From positions 1-64,000 of the IMG/VR virus record IMGVR_UViG_3300018080_000105: a stretch of 64,000 nt of DNA. One strand, written 5' to 3'. This DNA is from a virus. The notes below the pieces were generated by a model. The model was not told the origin of the DNA. It saw nothing but the letters and a program-made list of their open reading frames with translations, and did not search any database. The translations under genes were made by a program, and so were the position numbers. Below, in pieces: positions 10,365-19,467 of this stretch (positions within the stretch are counted from its first letter, which is position 1; the number at the start of each line of letters is the position of its first letter).

Positions 10365-10837
10365 ATCGACTCTCGTGGGAATGTGTTAAACCGGAAAGAC
10401 CATTCACCAAGTTGCAACTCAGGGTTCGACACGTTCAACGACAACCCGACCAGAAATGATCGGTAAACCGTTGTTCCAAAACTTACCAGTACCGGGGCGG
10501 CTCTTGTTGCGATCCGATTCACACGGTATCGCTCCAGCACCTGTTCCATACCGCTCTCCCCGCCGCTACAAGGGTTCGCAAAACAGATCCCTGAGACAGT
10601 CAGCTCTCCGATGCGGTCACCGAAGATGTATGCGTAGATCGTCTCACTGACAGTGTGCAGGAACTGAACGTTTCCTTTTTCGTTGATACTGGCAGACGTA
10701 ACAATCGCATTGACGTTCTGAGAACCAATGCCCACGCCTTGCATCAGAACACGAAACGGCAGTACGCCACCGCCTCCGCCGTTCTGGCTAGTCACGCGAA
10801 CTACCGCGCCACGGTCATGTGCAAAGAAAGCTGGCAT
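10361..10837 (-). CDS. Tail tube initiator / tube-fold baseplate protein
   Basis: Directly after the tape measure; beta-rich (YIFGDRIGELTVSG...FLVGLSLNV...WSFRF) like gp48/gp54/gpU-type proteins. Confidence 0.5.
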   Translation of the reverse strand: MPAFFAHDRGAVVRVTSQNGGGGGVLPFRVLMQGVGIGSQNVNAIVTSASINEKGNVQFLHTVSETIYAYIFGDRIGELTVSGICFANPCSGGESGMEQVLERYRVNRIATRAAPVLVSFGTTVYRSFLVGLSLNVSNPELQLGEWSFRFNTFPRESI

Positions 10838-13800
10838 TATCCAATCCCCACAGCAGACATCATGCGATCGATAATTCCCTCACCTTCACCTTCCACTGTC
10901 GCGGTTCCGTCTTCGTTGAGTGTGAGGTTTCCACTCTTCAATGTGATAGTCATCTTCTGATCTTCGGTCTTTTCTTCTGGCGCCGCACCCTGAATCCCGC
11001 CGATACGCCCCAGCAGATCATTGATAAGATCAGCCCCGTCTGCATCTGTGCCGAGACCGCTCATGCCGCCAGCACCTTCCTGCATTCGTTCCAGATCTGC
11101 TCTCTCTTCGTCAGTCAGGTCCAGATCAGATATCAGGTCGTATGCTGATGCACGCTCGTCGTCGGTGAGCTGTGACAGGTTCGTTTTGTCTCCGAACGCA
11201 CCACGCGACAATCCCATCCGCAGCATCTCTTCGGTGTTGCGACCCATGCGAGCTACGGCCCCGCCGCGGTCGCCTTCCGTCATAGCCTCCAGTAGCCGTT
11301 TGCGGCTTGTGGGGTCCTGCAACATTGCGGCGTCTTCGGCGGACATAACCGACGACAGCTGATCCAGGGCAGCTTCCGAACGAGCATCCCGCGTGCCGTG
11401 CATCCCGCGGAACCGCAAGTCTGCGTCGAGAGCGTCCTTTTCTGACTGAGTCATAGCTTCCTGGTCATTGGAGCCTTTGCCCGGCAAGAATCCACCAGCC
11501 TCTTCTCGGCGTTCCGCAATTTCGTCGCCCGCATCGGTAGCCTTGTCATACAGTGCTTGTGCTTTTTTCCGGGCCGTCCGCCCCGCTTTGCCGTCGAGCA
11601 ACTCACTCACAGTGACTCCGTGTTCGGCCGCCAGGCCTTCCAGCTCACGGGTACTCTGTGACAACGTCTGTGCCAGCGCTAGGCCACCACGCCCGAGGCC
11701 TTCCATGGAAGCCCGGTCGCCCATCAGCGATCGTGCTCGTGCGCCTGCACCTTCAACCCAGACATCGAGATCTTCGCCTTCCAGGTCTTGGCCACCCGCC
11801 ATAGTAGCGATCTGTTCGTCTGTCATAGTTGCGCCAACCATGGCGCCCATGTTTTCTACCTGAGCACTGACACTTTGCCCGCTACCGGCGGCGTCCAACA
11901 GCTCCAGCAACTCTTCGCTGCCGTATGTAAAGGAGCCGTCATCAAGACGAGCAGCTCGCATCTTCTTGGCTTCAGCCTCTGCGGCCGGGCCACCATCCAC
12001 CAGTGCTTTCATGATTGCGGTGTTTCGCTGGATCTGTGCAAATTCTGCTTCGTCTCGCGGATCCAGGCGGTTGTTGTCCTGGGCCAGGCCCAGCAGTGCG
12101 GCCACTGGGCCGTCGGGAGATGCACTCATAAGGGCTTTGTACTCAACGCCGCCCAGCGTGTCGGTAATCAAATCACCGATATCGGTGTCTGAGTCAGCTG
12201 TCTGGACGGCATCCATCAGTCGCTGGATCGGGCCGGACGCGCCTAAGTGAGACATAGCCGACTGCCGCATAGCGGTTGCCGACGCCTGCCGCCCGCGGCT
12301 GGCTGCTTCCTCCATCACACGCTCGTTGTTCAGGCCATAGAAACCCTGTGCGTTCCGCCATATAGGATTCTTGGATGCCTGCGCGTTGATCGTGGCATAC
12401 GTGGCTTCGCCGATTGCGTTTATTTCGGATGCAGGGGCCACCTGATCCAACAACGCATCGATTTCCGCAGCACCTGCATCCGGCATTCGTGCCTGCAAAG
12501 CTGCACGCATGTTTTTCCGGTAGGCTTCCCCCAGTGCTTTTCGGCGAGCTTCTGGATCACGGACAGTGGCTTCGTCCATCTTCAGGAATTCCAGCCCCAT
12601 CTGGCTGCCGATATCGTCTGCCAGCTTGGCAACATCAGCTTCGTTGACCACAGCCCCGGAAGAGATCAGTGTCTGGTCGGCTCCGTCGCCTGCCAGGATG
12701 CCGCGGTACCGGTGACCCAGCATCGGGCTGATGGATTGGTCCAGCGCCTCCATTGCCTGAATCTTGCGAATCACGTTCGTCGTGTTGTACTTCTGTCCGA
12801 ATTCCTGGTTGCCATTGTAGTCTGACAGCATGGTGTACGCTTCGGCCGCTGACACGCCGCCGTCCCGTTCCATCATCTGAGTTAGATCGGTCCACGCCAT
12901 TGCCACGCTGCGGGACTTCCCGTTGAAGGTGTAAGCATCCTTTCCCTGGCGGATAGCATCCAGCATCGCTGCCGTCTCTGTGCCTGCAGCGGCATTTAGC
13001 ATACCGGTATCGGCCATTCGGAGCATGGCGTTCATCTGGTTGGCCAGTGGGCTGGCAGCGGCGTGCATACGCAGTTGCTGGTCTGCCAGCGTCAACTGTT
13101 CCTGGCTCATGGCACCCCAGACTGGAATGTCCATTCGCAACGTGGAGCCGGCCGCTGCCCCGTACAAAGCAGCACCTTGTGCGCCACTCACCACGTAAGA
13201 ACGGTCCAGGCCGAGGGCATCTGCCAGCGGGGCGCCAAACTGTCCCTGCATTAACCCCATCATGCCGCCGACGCCGATCCCCGTCTGACGGGCAATCGTT
13301 TGTGTGCGGCGGACCATCATTTCCAGGTCACCAGGATTCATCGTGGACAAACCGCCCTGCGTCAGAGCTTCCAGGCCGTTGATCAGCTCTCGCATTGGGG
13401 CGTTCGGATTACCCATGTCGCCGAAGATGTCCCGCATGGCCTTCACAGCACCAGACAGGTTGCGGAGCTTCGAGCTGATGCGGTCGGCATCAGCTGCTCG
13501 AATGATCTCTTGCCCGCCAGGCATGTCTTCCAGATCTTCTGCGAACATCTGTTGTGCCGGGTCGATCAGCTGCGAATGGCTATCCCGTACCGTGTCACGG
13601 GCCTGTTGCAGCATCGCTTCACTGGGGGTGCCACCCTCGGCCAGCACATCACGAATTTCCGGAAGCGTCTCTGCAATCCTATTGACCAGATCATCTGCCA
13701 ACTGTTGCGGCAAGGCTGCTCGCTGCTCCTGGAAGCTCATAGCACCCATCGGCGTGCCGAGCATTCCGCGAGCCTGCAACTCGCCGGCAAGGATACCTGC

Positions 13801-14478
13801 CTGGCCGGCGGACATGCCTCGAAGCGCATCAATGTTGGCATCAGGGCCATACAGGTTGTCGTAGATCTCCTGCGTGACGCGGCCAGACGAAGAACCGCTG
13901 TACCCGACCATTCCCGTTACCGGGTCCAGGCTGGTACGCATTGCATTGTGAATCTGCTGTGCGAACACCGTCGCGGAACCGCGGGAACCATGCAACCGAT
14001 CGACCATGTCCGGCCCGAGCAATTGCGTCATGACGGGCATGAACTGATTCATCATTTGGGACATACGGAAGTTCTGAGCTTCCTGTGCCTGCGTCAGCGG
14101 CTGCCCAGTCATCATCTGCTGCACGCCGCCGAGCATGTTCTGCATCGCAGCCATGTCGCGGTTAGCTGCGTCCTGCATCGCCGACTGTTGATCCATGAAG
14201 TGCCGGGTGGCCTCCATCTGGTCGTACAGATTCTGCTGCGGGAAGAACTGCCCTGCAAAACCGCCACCTGTGAAGCCAGACATAATTGCCGGCATCAACA
14301 TCTGCAGCATGCCCATGTTACCGCCGCCGAAGTTGAACGGGCCGGTAAACGTGTGACCTGGATCCATTGCAAACATAGGCGTGTGGCCGAGCATCCCTGA
14401 CGCCATACTCGGCGGCATTCCGCCGGAGGGCATTCCTGGCCACGTCGTTTGCGGGTATGGATACATAGGGTGCCTCAC
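10837..14478 (-). CDS. Tail tape measure protein (1213 aa)
   Basis: Longest tail ORF; Ala/Gly/Met/Gln-rich and helical; follows two chaperone-like ORFs; no Cys. Confidence 0.8.
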   Translation of the reverse strand: MRHPMYPYPQTTWPGMPSGGMPPSMASGMLGHTPMFAMDPGHTFTGPFNFGGGNMGMLQMLMPAIMSGFTGGGFAGQFFPQQNLYDQMEATRHFMDQQSAMQDAANRDMAAMQNMLGGVQQMMTGQPLTQAQEAQNFRMSQMMNQFMPVMTQLLGPDMVDRLHGSRGSATVFAQQIHNAMRTSLDPVTGMVGYSGSSSGRVTQEIYDNLYGPDANIDALRGMSAGQAGILAGELQARGMLGTPMGAMSFQEQRAALPQQLADDLVNRIAETLPEIRDVLAEGGTPSEAMLQQARDTVRDSHSQLIDPAQQMFAEDLEDMPGGQEIIRAADADRISSKLRNLSGAVKAMRDIFGDMGNPNAPMRELINGLEALTQGGLSTMNPGDLEMMVRRTQTIARQTGIGVGGMMGLMQGQFGAPLADALGLDRSYVVSGAQGAALYGAAAGSTLRMDIPVWGAMSQEQLTLADQQLRMHAAASPLANQMNAMLRMADTGMLNAAAGTETAAMLDAIRQGKDAYTFNGKSRSVAMAWTDLTQMMERDGGVSAAEAYTMLSDYNGNQEFGQKYNTTNVIRKIQAMEALDQSISPMLGHRYRGILAGDGADQTLISSGAVVNEADVAKLADDIGSQMGLEFLKMDEATVRDPEARRKALGEAYRKNMRAALQARMPDAGAAEIDALLDQVAPASEINAIGEATYATINAQASKNPIWRNAQGFYGLNNERVMEEAASRGRQASATAMRQSAMSHLGASGPIQRLMDAVQTADSDTDIGDLITDTLGGVEYKALMSASPDGPVAALLGLAQDNNRLDPRDEAEFAQIQRNTAIMKALVDGGPAAEAEAKKMRAARLDDGSFTYGSEELLELLDAAGSGQSVSAQVENMGAMVGATMTDEQIATMAGGQDLEGEDLDVWVEGAGARARSLMGDRASMEGLGRGGLALAQTLSQSTRELEGLAAEHGVTVSELLDGKAGRTARKKAQALYDKATDAGDEIAERREEAGGFLPGKGSNDQEAMTQSEKDALDADLRFRGMHGTRDARSEAALDQLSSVMSAEDAAMLQDPTSRKRLLEAMTEGDRGGAVARMGRNTEEMLRMGLSRGAFGDKTNLSQLTDDERASAYDLISDLDLTDEERADLERMQEGAGGMSGLGTDADGADLINDLLGRIGGIQGAAPEEKTEDQKMTITLKSGNLTLNEDGTATVEGEGEGIIDRMMSAVGIG

Positions 14479-14954
14479 ATCCTTGCGGCGGCAGCCTTCC
14501 GGGCCTCACGGCGAGCCCGTCGAGCAGCGCGGTCTTGTTCCTTCTGCCTCTGCGTCAGTTTGCCCCGAGCAAACTCCTTCGTCAGGGCGTCGACCATCGC
14601 TTCATATCGTGGTTCACCCGGTCGTCCCACCATCTCATGGTAATCTGCAACAGCTTGTTCCCGGGCCGTCTGTGCTCCAACTTCTCCAATCTGTTCAGCA
14701 AACCACGGGTAGCTTAATCGAAGAACCTTGTTCAACGCACTACCAGCGTTGCCTCTAAATGTCTCGTAAGCCTCCTCTTTCACCCGCGGATTCGCTGCCA
14801 ACGTGGCCCAATACATGGCTTGTCGCTGCATCAGGTCTCGGTCGTCTCGATCTCCTACCTCTTTGAGGACCCATCGCAGTTTTCGCCAAGCCCAAAAATC
14901 CCAGGGATCAAACCGGCTGAAATCGAACGCCCCGCTGACGTCCGCTCGCAGCAT
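14475..14954 (-). CDS. Tail assembly chaperone, second ORF (gpT-like)
   Basis: Between the chaperone and the tape measure; ATG at 14954 overlaps the upstream TGA (TGATG); in the -1 frame relative to the upstream ORF. Confidence 0.55.
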   Translation of the reverse strand: MLRADVSGAFDFSRFDPWDFWAWRKLRWVLKEVGDRDDRDLMQRQAMYWATLAANPRVKEEAYETFRGNAGSALNKVLRLSYPWFAEQIGEVGAQTAREQAVADYHEMVGRPGEPRYEAMVDALTKEFARGKLTQRQKEQDRAARRARREARKAAAARM

Positions 14955-16129
14955 CAGACGGATGGTTCGATCCCTTTCCAAAAATCCGAATCATTTGCCA
15001 TCGCCTCCAGTGCCTCCACCAGGCGTTGGAATTCCTGATGTGCCTTCCCGATCATTCGCCGAAGCGATTCTGTCTTCGCGGCCCCTTCGTAGAATTTATG
15101 CCGCATGATCGGCAAAGCTGTGATCGGCATGATTTTCGGGCGGGCTGGGTCTTCTTTAATATCCTCATCTTCCAGCACACCTGCTCGATACACGTGATTC
15201 CCGCCTACAACCAGTTGTGCCACACTGGCGACCATACGCAATTCCATCAGGTTGAGCAGGTATTCGCCCTGCCCAGCACTGGTGCCTTCACGCATCATGT
15301 GACCTATTTCCAGCATAACCGTTTCGGTCTCACGACTGGTGAGGCTGCGGAACCGCACAACAACACTACCTCCCAGTAGCGTGTAGTCCTTCTCAAACCG
15401 GTTGAGGCCCAACATCGCTGCCATGAACTGTTGTTTGTCCTGCGTCGTAATCTCGACATCAAACGGTGTCCGAACCGGCCACTGACAACGTGGACAGTTT
15501 TTCGGCCCGGGCGGTAATTCCGCCATTGGGGACGGAGGTGTTTCACTCCTGGGGGCTGTTTCACTCGCTGGTGAAACAGGTGGTTCCAGTAAATCTTCAC
15601 GGTCGTCAATGACAGTGGACTGCTGCATCCGCGCCGCTTTCGCCTGCTCGCCTAACTGGATTTGGTTCCGCATGATGTCACGTTGCTCACCCTGCACACT
15701 GGGCGGGATCTGTGCTTCGATCTCGTCAGCGTGGGTCTGCACACGAGCCTGTTCTGCTACTGTCGCTTTGTACTCCTGCAGGTAAGCAGCTACTTCCTGC
15801 TGTTGTTCTTCCGGCAACTCTGTGATGTTGACGATCTTCGCTTCCACCGGCTTCCAGTTGCGAGCCAGTTCGGTGTCTTCCAGTCGTACCTCCTTCGCCA
15901 GCTCTGCTTGAATCTCTTTCAGTCGCTGCCCCAGATCAGATGGTATCGGATCGCCTTCCGTCCAGCCCACCGCCTCCAATTGCTCGCGAGTGTGCGGTGT
16001 CACGTGTGCTGACTTCGCTTTGTGAACCTGCCCGGTCTGTAGTGGCGCTCGTCCTGCTCCCGGAAGTTTTTCGGGAGGAATGCCGCCGTTTGCGGGCGGG
16101 GGTACTGGTTTAGGTCGCATTTCGTCCAT
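14954..16129 (-). CDS. Tail assembly chaperone (gpG-like) with Pro-rich N-terminal extension and CxxC
   Basis: C-terminal part (FEKDYTLLGGSVVVRFRSLT) resembles myovirus tail chaperones; upstream of the tape measure. Confidence 0.5.
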   Translation of the reverse strand: MDEMRPKPVPPPANGGIPPEKLPGAGRAPLQTGQVHKAKSAHVTPHTREQLEAVGWTEGDPIPSDLGQRLKEIQAELAKEVRLEDTELARNWKPVEAKIVNITELPEEQQQEVAAYLQEYKATVAEQARVQTHADEIEAQIPPSVQGEQRDIMRNQIQLGEQAKAARMQQSTVIDDREDLLEPPVSPASETAPRSETPPSPMAELPPGPKNCPRCQWPVRTPFDVEITTQDKQQFMAAMLGLNRFEKDYTLLGGSVVVRFRSLTSRETETVMLEIGHMMREGTSAGQGEYLLNLMELRMVASVAQLVVGGNHVYRAGVLEDEDIKEDPARPKIMPITALPIMRHKFYEGAAKTESLRRMIGKAHQEFQRLVEALEAMANDSDFWKGIEPSV

Positions 16130-16133
16130 GGCT

Positions 16134-18914
16134 CTACCTGATCACGGTGTACTGATTGAGTGATACGGGGTTCGCTGCCCCGAACTTCGGTTCCTTGTAC
16201 TCGTCGGATAGCGAGGGCTGTTCGCCACGATCTTTACTGTGTCCTGCAGATGCGTCAAACAACTCCAGGTCTTGTTGAATGAAATTGTCGTCAGAATCAA
16301 AGGCTTCTTTGCCCGGGTACGGATAAGTGTCCTGGCCTTTGAACGTGACCGGCCGCTCCTGCCAGGTTGCCGACGCCTTGCCAGTGATTCGCCCCAGCTG
16401 CTGCCAGACGTCTTCGTACAGTTTGAATTCTTCGGTGCGGTAGTCTTCCTGGATCCGGAGGCTGAAGCTGACGTTCTCGATGACTTCGTCACTACCTGGC
16501 CGCTGGCTCTCGTAGAATCTCGGCTTCAGGACGCTGTCCATCGTTTGCTGGCCGATTTGCTGCGGAATGAGTTCTTCTCGGTAGTTCTTGGCTTCCTCCA
16601 GGGCATCCTGCACTGCTGTGAGCGCGTCACCTTCCAGAGGGGCCACGAACGGGTAGACCACCCCGGAATAACCACTGGTCGAAAGAACCGATCCGTCGAA
16701 CATCCCCGAACCTTCAGCGATGATGGATCCACCGCAAAAGACCGTACCAGGCAGTGACGTGGTGTTATCGGTAATAGAGGCAGAAGGGCCATCAACCGTC
16801 TCATCGTTGGTGTTGAAGTGCCAGTAGGTGCCGTTCTTCACGTAGTTCTGGGACTGCTGGGCATACATCGTGATCATGCCCTCGCCCTTTCCGGCATCCA
16901 GCACGATCGGCCCGTTCGACAGGTCGCCACCTCCCGTTCGCAGGTAAATCTCGCTGGACCAGCTGACGAACGGGGCGTATTGCGACCGGATGCACACACC
17001 GGCCAACTCTGTTTTCTCGCCAGGCTCGTCGAACTTGTACTCGCCAGCCCCGCGGCTCTCCAACAGGATCCCGCCAATACCTTGATTACCGCCCAGGGCC
17101 ATCAAGTTCTTCTCGGCCTTTAGCCGGCCATCCCCCTCTGAAGAAGTGATGTCCCAACTATTCTTGGCGCGAATGATCGCGTCCTGTCCCGCCCAGACAT
17201 TGCAGTTCCGGCCGCCTTTCATCCAGACATCACCAGGAGCCGAGATTTCGACGCTACCGCCTGTCATCCGGATTGAGCCTCCGTAGCCGTCGGTGATCAG
17301 AACTGTCCCGTCGTCGAGCAGCTCGAAGCCACAGGACAGCGTGTAGAAGCTCTGCTCCCCGTACCGGTGGTCGATATTCCAGGTCTTTTTGTAGTCTTCG
17401 GCGTCAATGTACGACTCCGAAGCGAGTTTCCCGTAATCCGGTACTTCCGCACTCTTTCCTTCACTCCAGCTGGCGTCGCTCTCCTGATAGACCTTGTAGT
17501 CCTCGGCGTGGTAGAAGAACGGATGCAGGCCGGCATAGTTGAAGAAGTAGGCGTGCATGTCCCGGATACCCGCTGCACGGGTAAACCCGCTGTGTTGATC
17601 CTCGGGTACTTCGATGTCGCCGGTGATCTCGTGGTCCTCACCGCTGCCTTCTTGGCCGCTGGCTTTGTAATTCTCCTCAGTGTCTCCCTGGGCGTCCTCC
17701 GGCCGCCGTCGCCGCGTGGGCGCCATGATCGCGGCTCGTTTGACCAAGGAGATGCCTTTGGCCGCCTGAACGCACCAGCGGCCGTCTGCGGTGACGAAAG
17801 AATCGAATAGCCCTGGGTGACGGGCATCCGGGACACCGCCGCCGTCAGCGTACGACGCGAACGCGTCGCTGGACGCTAATTCTTCTGCCGGAGCCACTAC
17901 AATTCGTTTGCCGCCCTGGCCCAGGTAACCGTGGAACTCACGCTCTCGGTGCCACGGCATCATGTAGTTGTCTTTCGGCTCCATAGTGCCGTAGTACGGC
18001 TCGTCGACCTGCCATTCTGAAGCCGACTTCACCACTGCCGGGTTGCCCTTTGCTCCCATCCCCAGCTGTTCCCACGGGTACATGGCATAGCCGGTCCAGT
18101 CCAGGGTCTCTTCCTGGTCATTCATGGACTCGTGCTCACGACAAGCTGTCCACATCTGGAACTGGTACGTGGCAAGCCTTGCCAACATGTCATGGTGGTA
18201 GAACGTGAGCTGGTTGCACTCTTCACCGCCAATCTGGGCCATGAAGGAATCCACAAATACTCGCAGGCCGGTCTCGGAGATGTAGCCTGCCTCGCCGCCG
18301 TGAGTGGCGTCGTATGGTCGCCCAGCCAGGAATGCCGGAATGTTTCCATTGTTCTCCATACGAAATGGAGCTTTGTGAGCTTCGTCCACACGGGCGCGTG
18401 TCGCCTGGCTGAGGATTGCGTGCAGGTTTTGGTTCGAGGCCGTACCTACACCAGGCACTACCCCGATAATGCCAGCGAACGGGAGCTCGTCATACCAGAC
18501 GCAGACCACCATGGTTCCGGGGCGTAGCGTTGCCAGGTCACGAGCACCGAACGTACCGGTGGAGAGGCGTGAATTGTAGAAGGCGACGACCGGCTGTTTG
18601 AGGCCGTCGAGCTGGACGCGGTAGGCGTTTCCGATCGCCGTACTGTCCGAGATCATCCCCAACAGGAGACGCCCAGTTTCACCCAGACTGAGAAGCGATG
18701 CGGCGGACTGACTCTGTGGGTCCTGCCGAGGCTGGGTCTGTGCGTACGCACCAGGCGTACTGTGCTGATTTTCCAACATGCGGAGACGCAGCTCACGCAA
18801 CGTAGAGCCGTGTCCGCCGGATAAATGCCCGGGTCGTGTTCTCATTGTCCACCTCGAAAGGCGATATCGTGGGTTGAAGAAACCCCAACCCCGGGCCGTC
18901 TGGCCCGGGGTCAT
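16134..18914 (-). CDS. Baseplate central spike (gp5/gpV/VgrG-like: OB-fold plus beta-helix); start uncertain (18914, 18845 or 18779)
   Basis: OB-fold-like AYRVQLDG...LRPGTMVVCVW...IIGVVP; Gly-periodic beta segments (GGSIRMTGGSVEISAPGDVWMKGGRNCNVWAG); follows the tube gene. Confidence 0.7.
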   Translation of the reverse strand: MTPGQTARGWGFFNPRYRLSRWTMRTRPGHLSGGHGSTLRELRLRMLENQHSTPGAYAQTQPRQDPQSQSAASLLSLGETGRLLLGMISDSTAIGNAYRVQLDGLKQPVVAFYNSRLSTGTFGARDLATLRPGTMVVCVWYDELPFAGIIGVVPGVGTASNQNLHAILSQATRARVDEAHKAPFRMENNGNIPAFLAGRPYDATHGGEAGYISETGLRVFVDSFMAQIGGEECNQLTFYHHDMLARLATYQFQMWTACREHESMNDQEETLDWTGYAMYPWEQLGMGAKGNPAVVKSASEWQVDEPYYGTMEPKDNYMMPWHREREFHGYLGQGGKRIVVAPAEELASSDAFASYADGGGVPDARHPGLFDSFVTADGRWCVQAAKGISLVKRAAIMAPTRRRRPEDAQGDTEENYKASGQEGSGEDHEITGDIEVPEDQHSGFTRAAGIRDMHAYFFNYAGLHPFFYHAEDYKVYQESDASWSEGKSAEVPDYGKLASESYIDAEDYKKTWNIDHRYGEQSFYTLSCGFELLDDGTVLITDGYGGSIRMTGGSVEISAPGDVWMKGGRNCNVWAGQDAIIRAKNSWDITSSEGDGRLKAEKNLMALGGNQGIGGILLESRGAGEYKFDEPGEKTELAGVCIRSQYAPFVSWSSEIYLRTGGGDLSNGPIVLDAGKGEGMITMYAQQSQNYVKNGTYWHFNTNDETVDGPSASITDNTTSLPGTVFCGGSIIAEGSGMFDGSVLSTSGYSGVVYPFVAPLEGDALTAVQDALEEAKNYREELIPQQIGQQTMDSVLKPRFYESQRPGSDEVIENVSFSLRIQEDYRTEEFKLYEDVWQQLGRITGKASATWQERPVTFKGQDTYPYPGKEAFDSDDNFIQQDLELFDASAGHSKDRGEQPSLSDEYKEPKFGAANPVSLNQYTVIR
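18889..18910 (-). other. GC-rich stem-loop (9 bp stem, 4 nt loop)
   Basis: CCCCGGGCC-gtct-GGCCCGGGG; the following minus-strand U-tract is imperfect. Confidence 0.6.
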
Positions 18915-18940
18915 TGTCCACCGTTACGGTGCGTCTCTGC

Positions 18941-19375
18941 TTAGTAGTTCAGGTTGACGAAGATGAACTGAAGCGACTCGTTCACCACGACATCCTGTGC
19001 CGTCACCGTGACCCCGAGTGTGGTCAGCACGGCATCTTCCAGCGTGTACTCCGTTCCGCCAGCTTCGCAACCGGCGCTGGCATCAAAATTGATGTCCTGC
19101 GGACTACACAGATCGTTGAACCGAGTAATGAAGTCCCCGGCCAGAGGCGACGGCCCCACCACGCGAGCCAGTGAAGCACTTCCCTGTGCGCGGCCACCGA
19201 CGTAGTACACGTTGGATGAACCGATCTCGTACAGAGTGCTCACCTGCTGAGCGTATGAGAACTGAACCTGCTGAACCAGGAAACCGTTGACGTCCGTCCC
19301 GCCAAACTGCAGCGAGACCTGGTCCGCACGGAAACCTCCGTTATGAGTTTGCGCTCCTGAAAAGACCGCTGGCAT
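18941..19375 (-). CDS. Tail tube protein (144 aa)
   Basis: Directly after the sheath; LVQQVQFSYAQQVSTLYEIGS...GRAQGSASLARVVG is a tube-like pattern. Confidence 0.85.
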   Translation of the reverse strand: MPAVFSGAQTHNGGFRADQVSLQFGGTDVNGFLVQQVQFSYAQQVSTLYEIGSSNVYYVGGRAQGSASLARVVGPSPLAGDFITRFNDLCSPQDINFDASAGCEAGGTEYTLEDAVLTTLGVTVTAQDVVVNESLQFIFVNLNY

Positions 19376-19391
19376 TTTATCACCTCATGTG

Positions 19392-19457
19392 AAAAGAGGG
19401 CCGAAGCCCAAAACGTGGCTGAAAACAACCCCTCCCCCGGCCACCGGGCCGGGGGAG
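19392..19457 (-). terminator. Two tandem hairpins between sheath and tube (11 bp stem; cUUCGg hairpin followed by UCUUUU)
   Basis: CTCCCCCGGCC-accg-GGCCGGGGGAG at 19432-19457; on the minus strand GGGC-TTCG-GCCC-TCTTTT at about 19392-19409. Confidence 0.55.
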
Positions 19458-19467
19458 AAACAGTACG

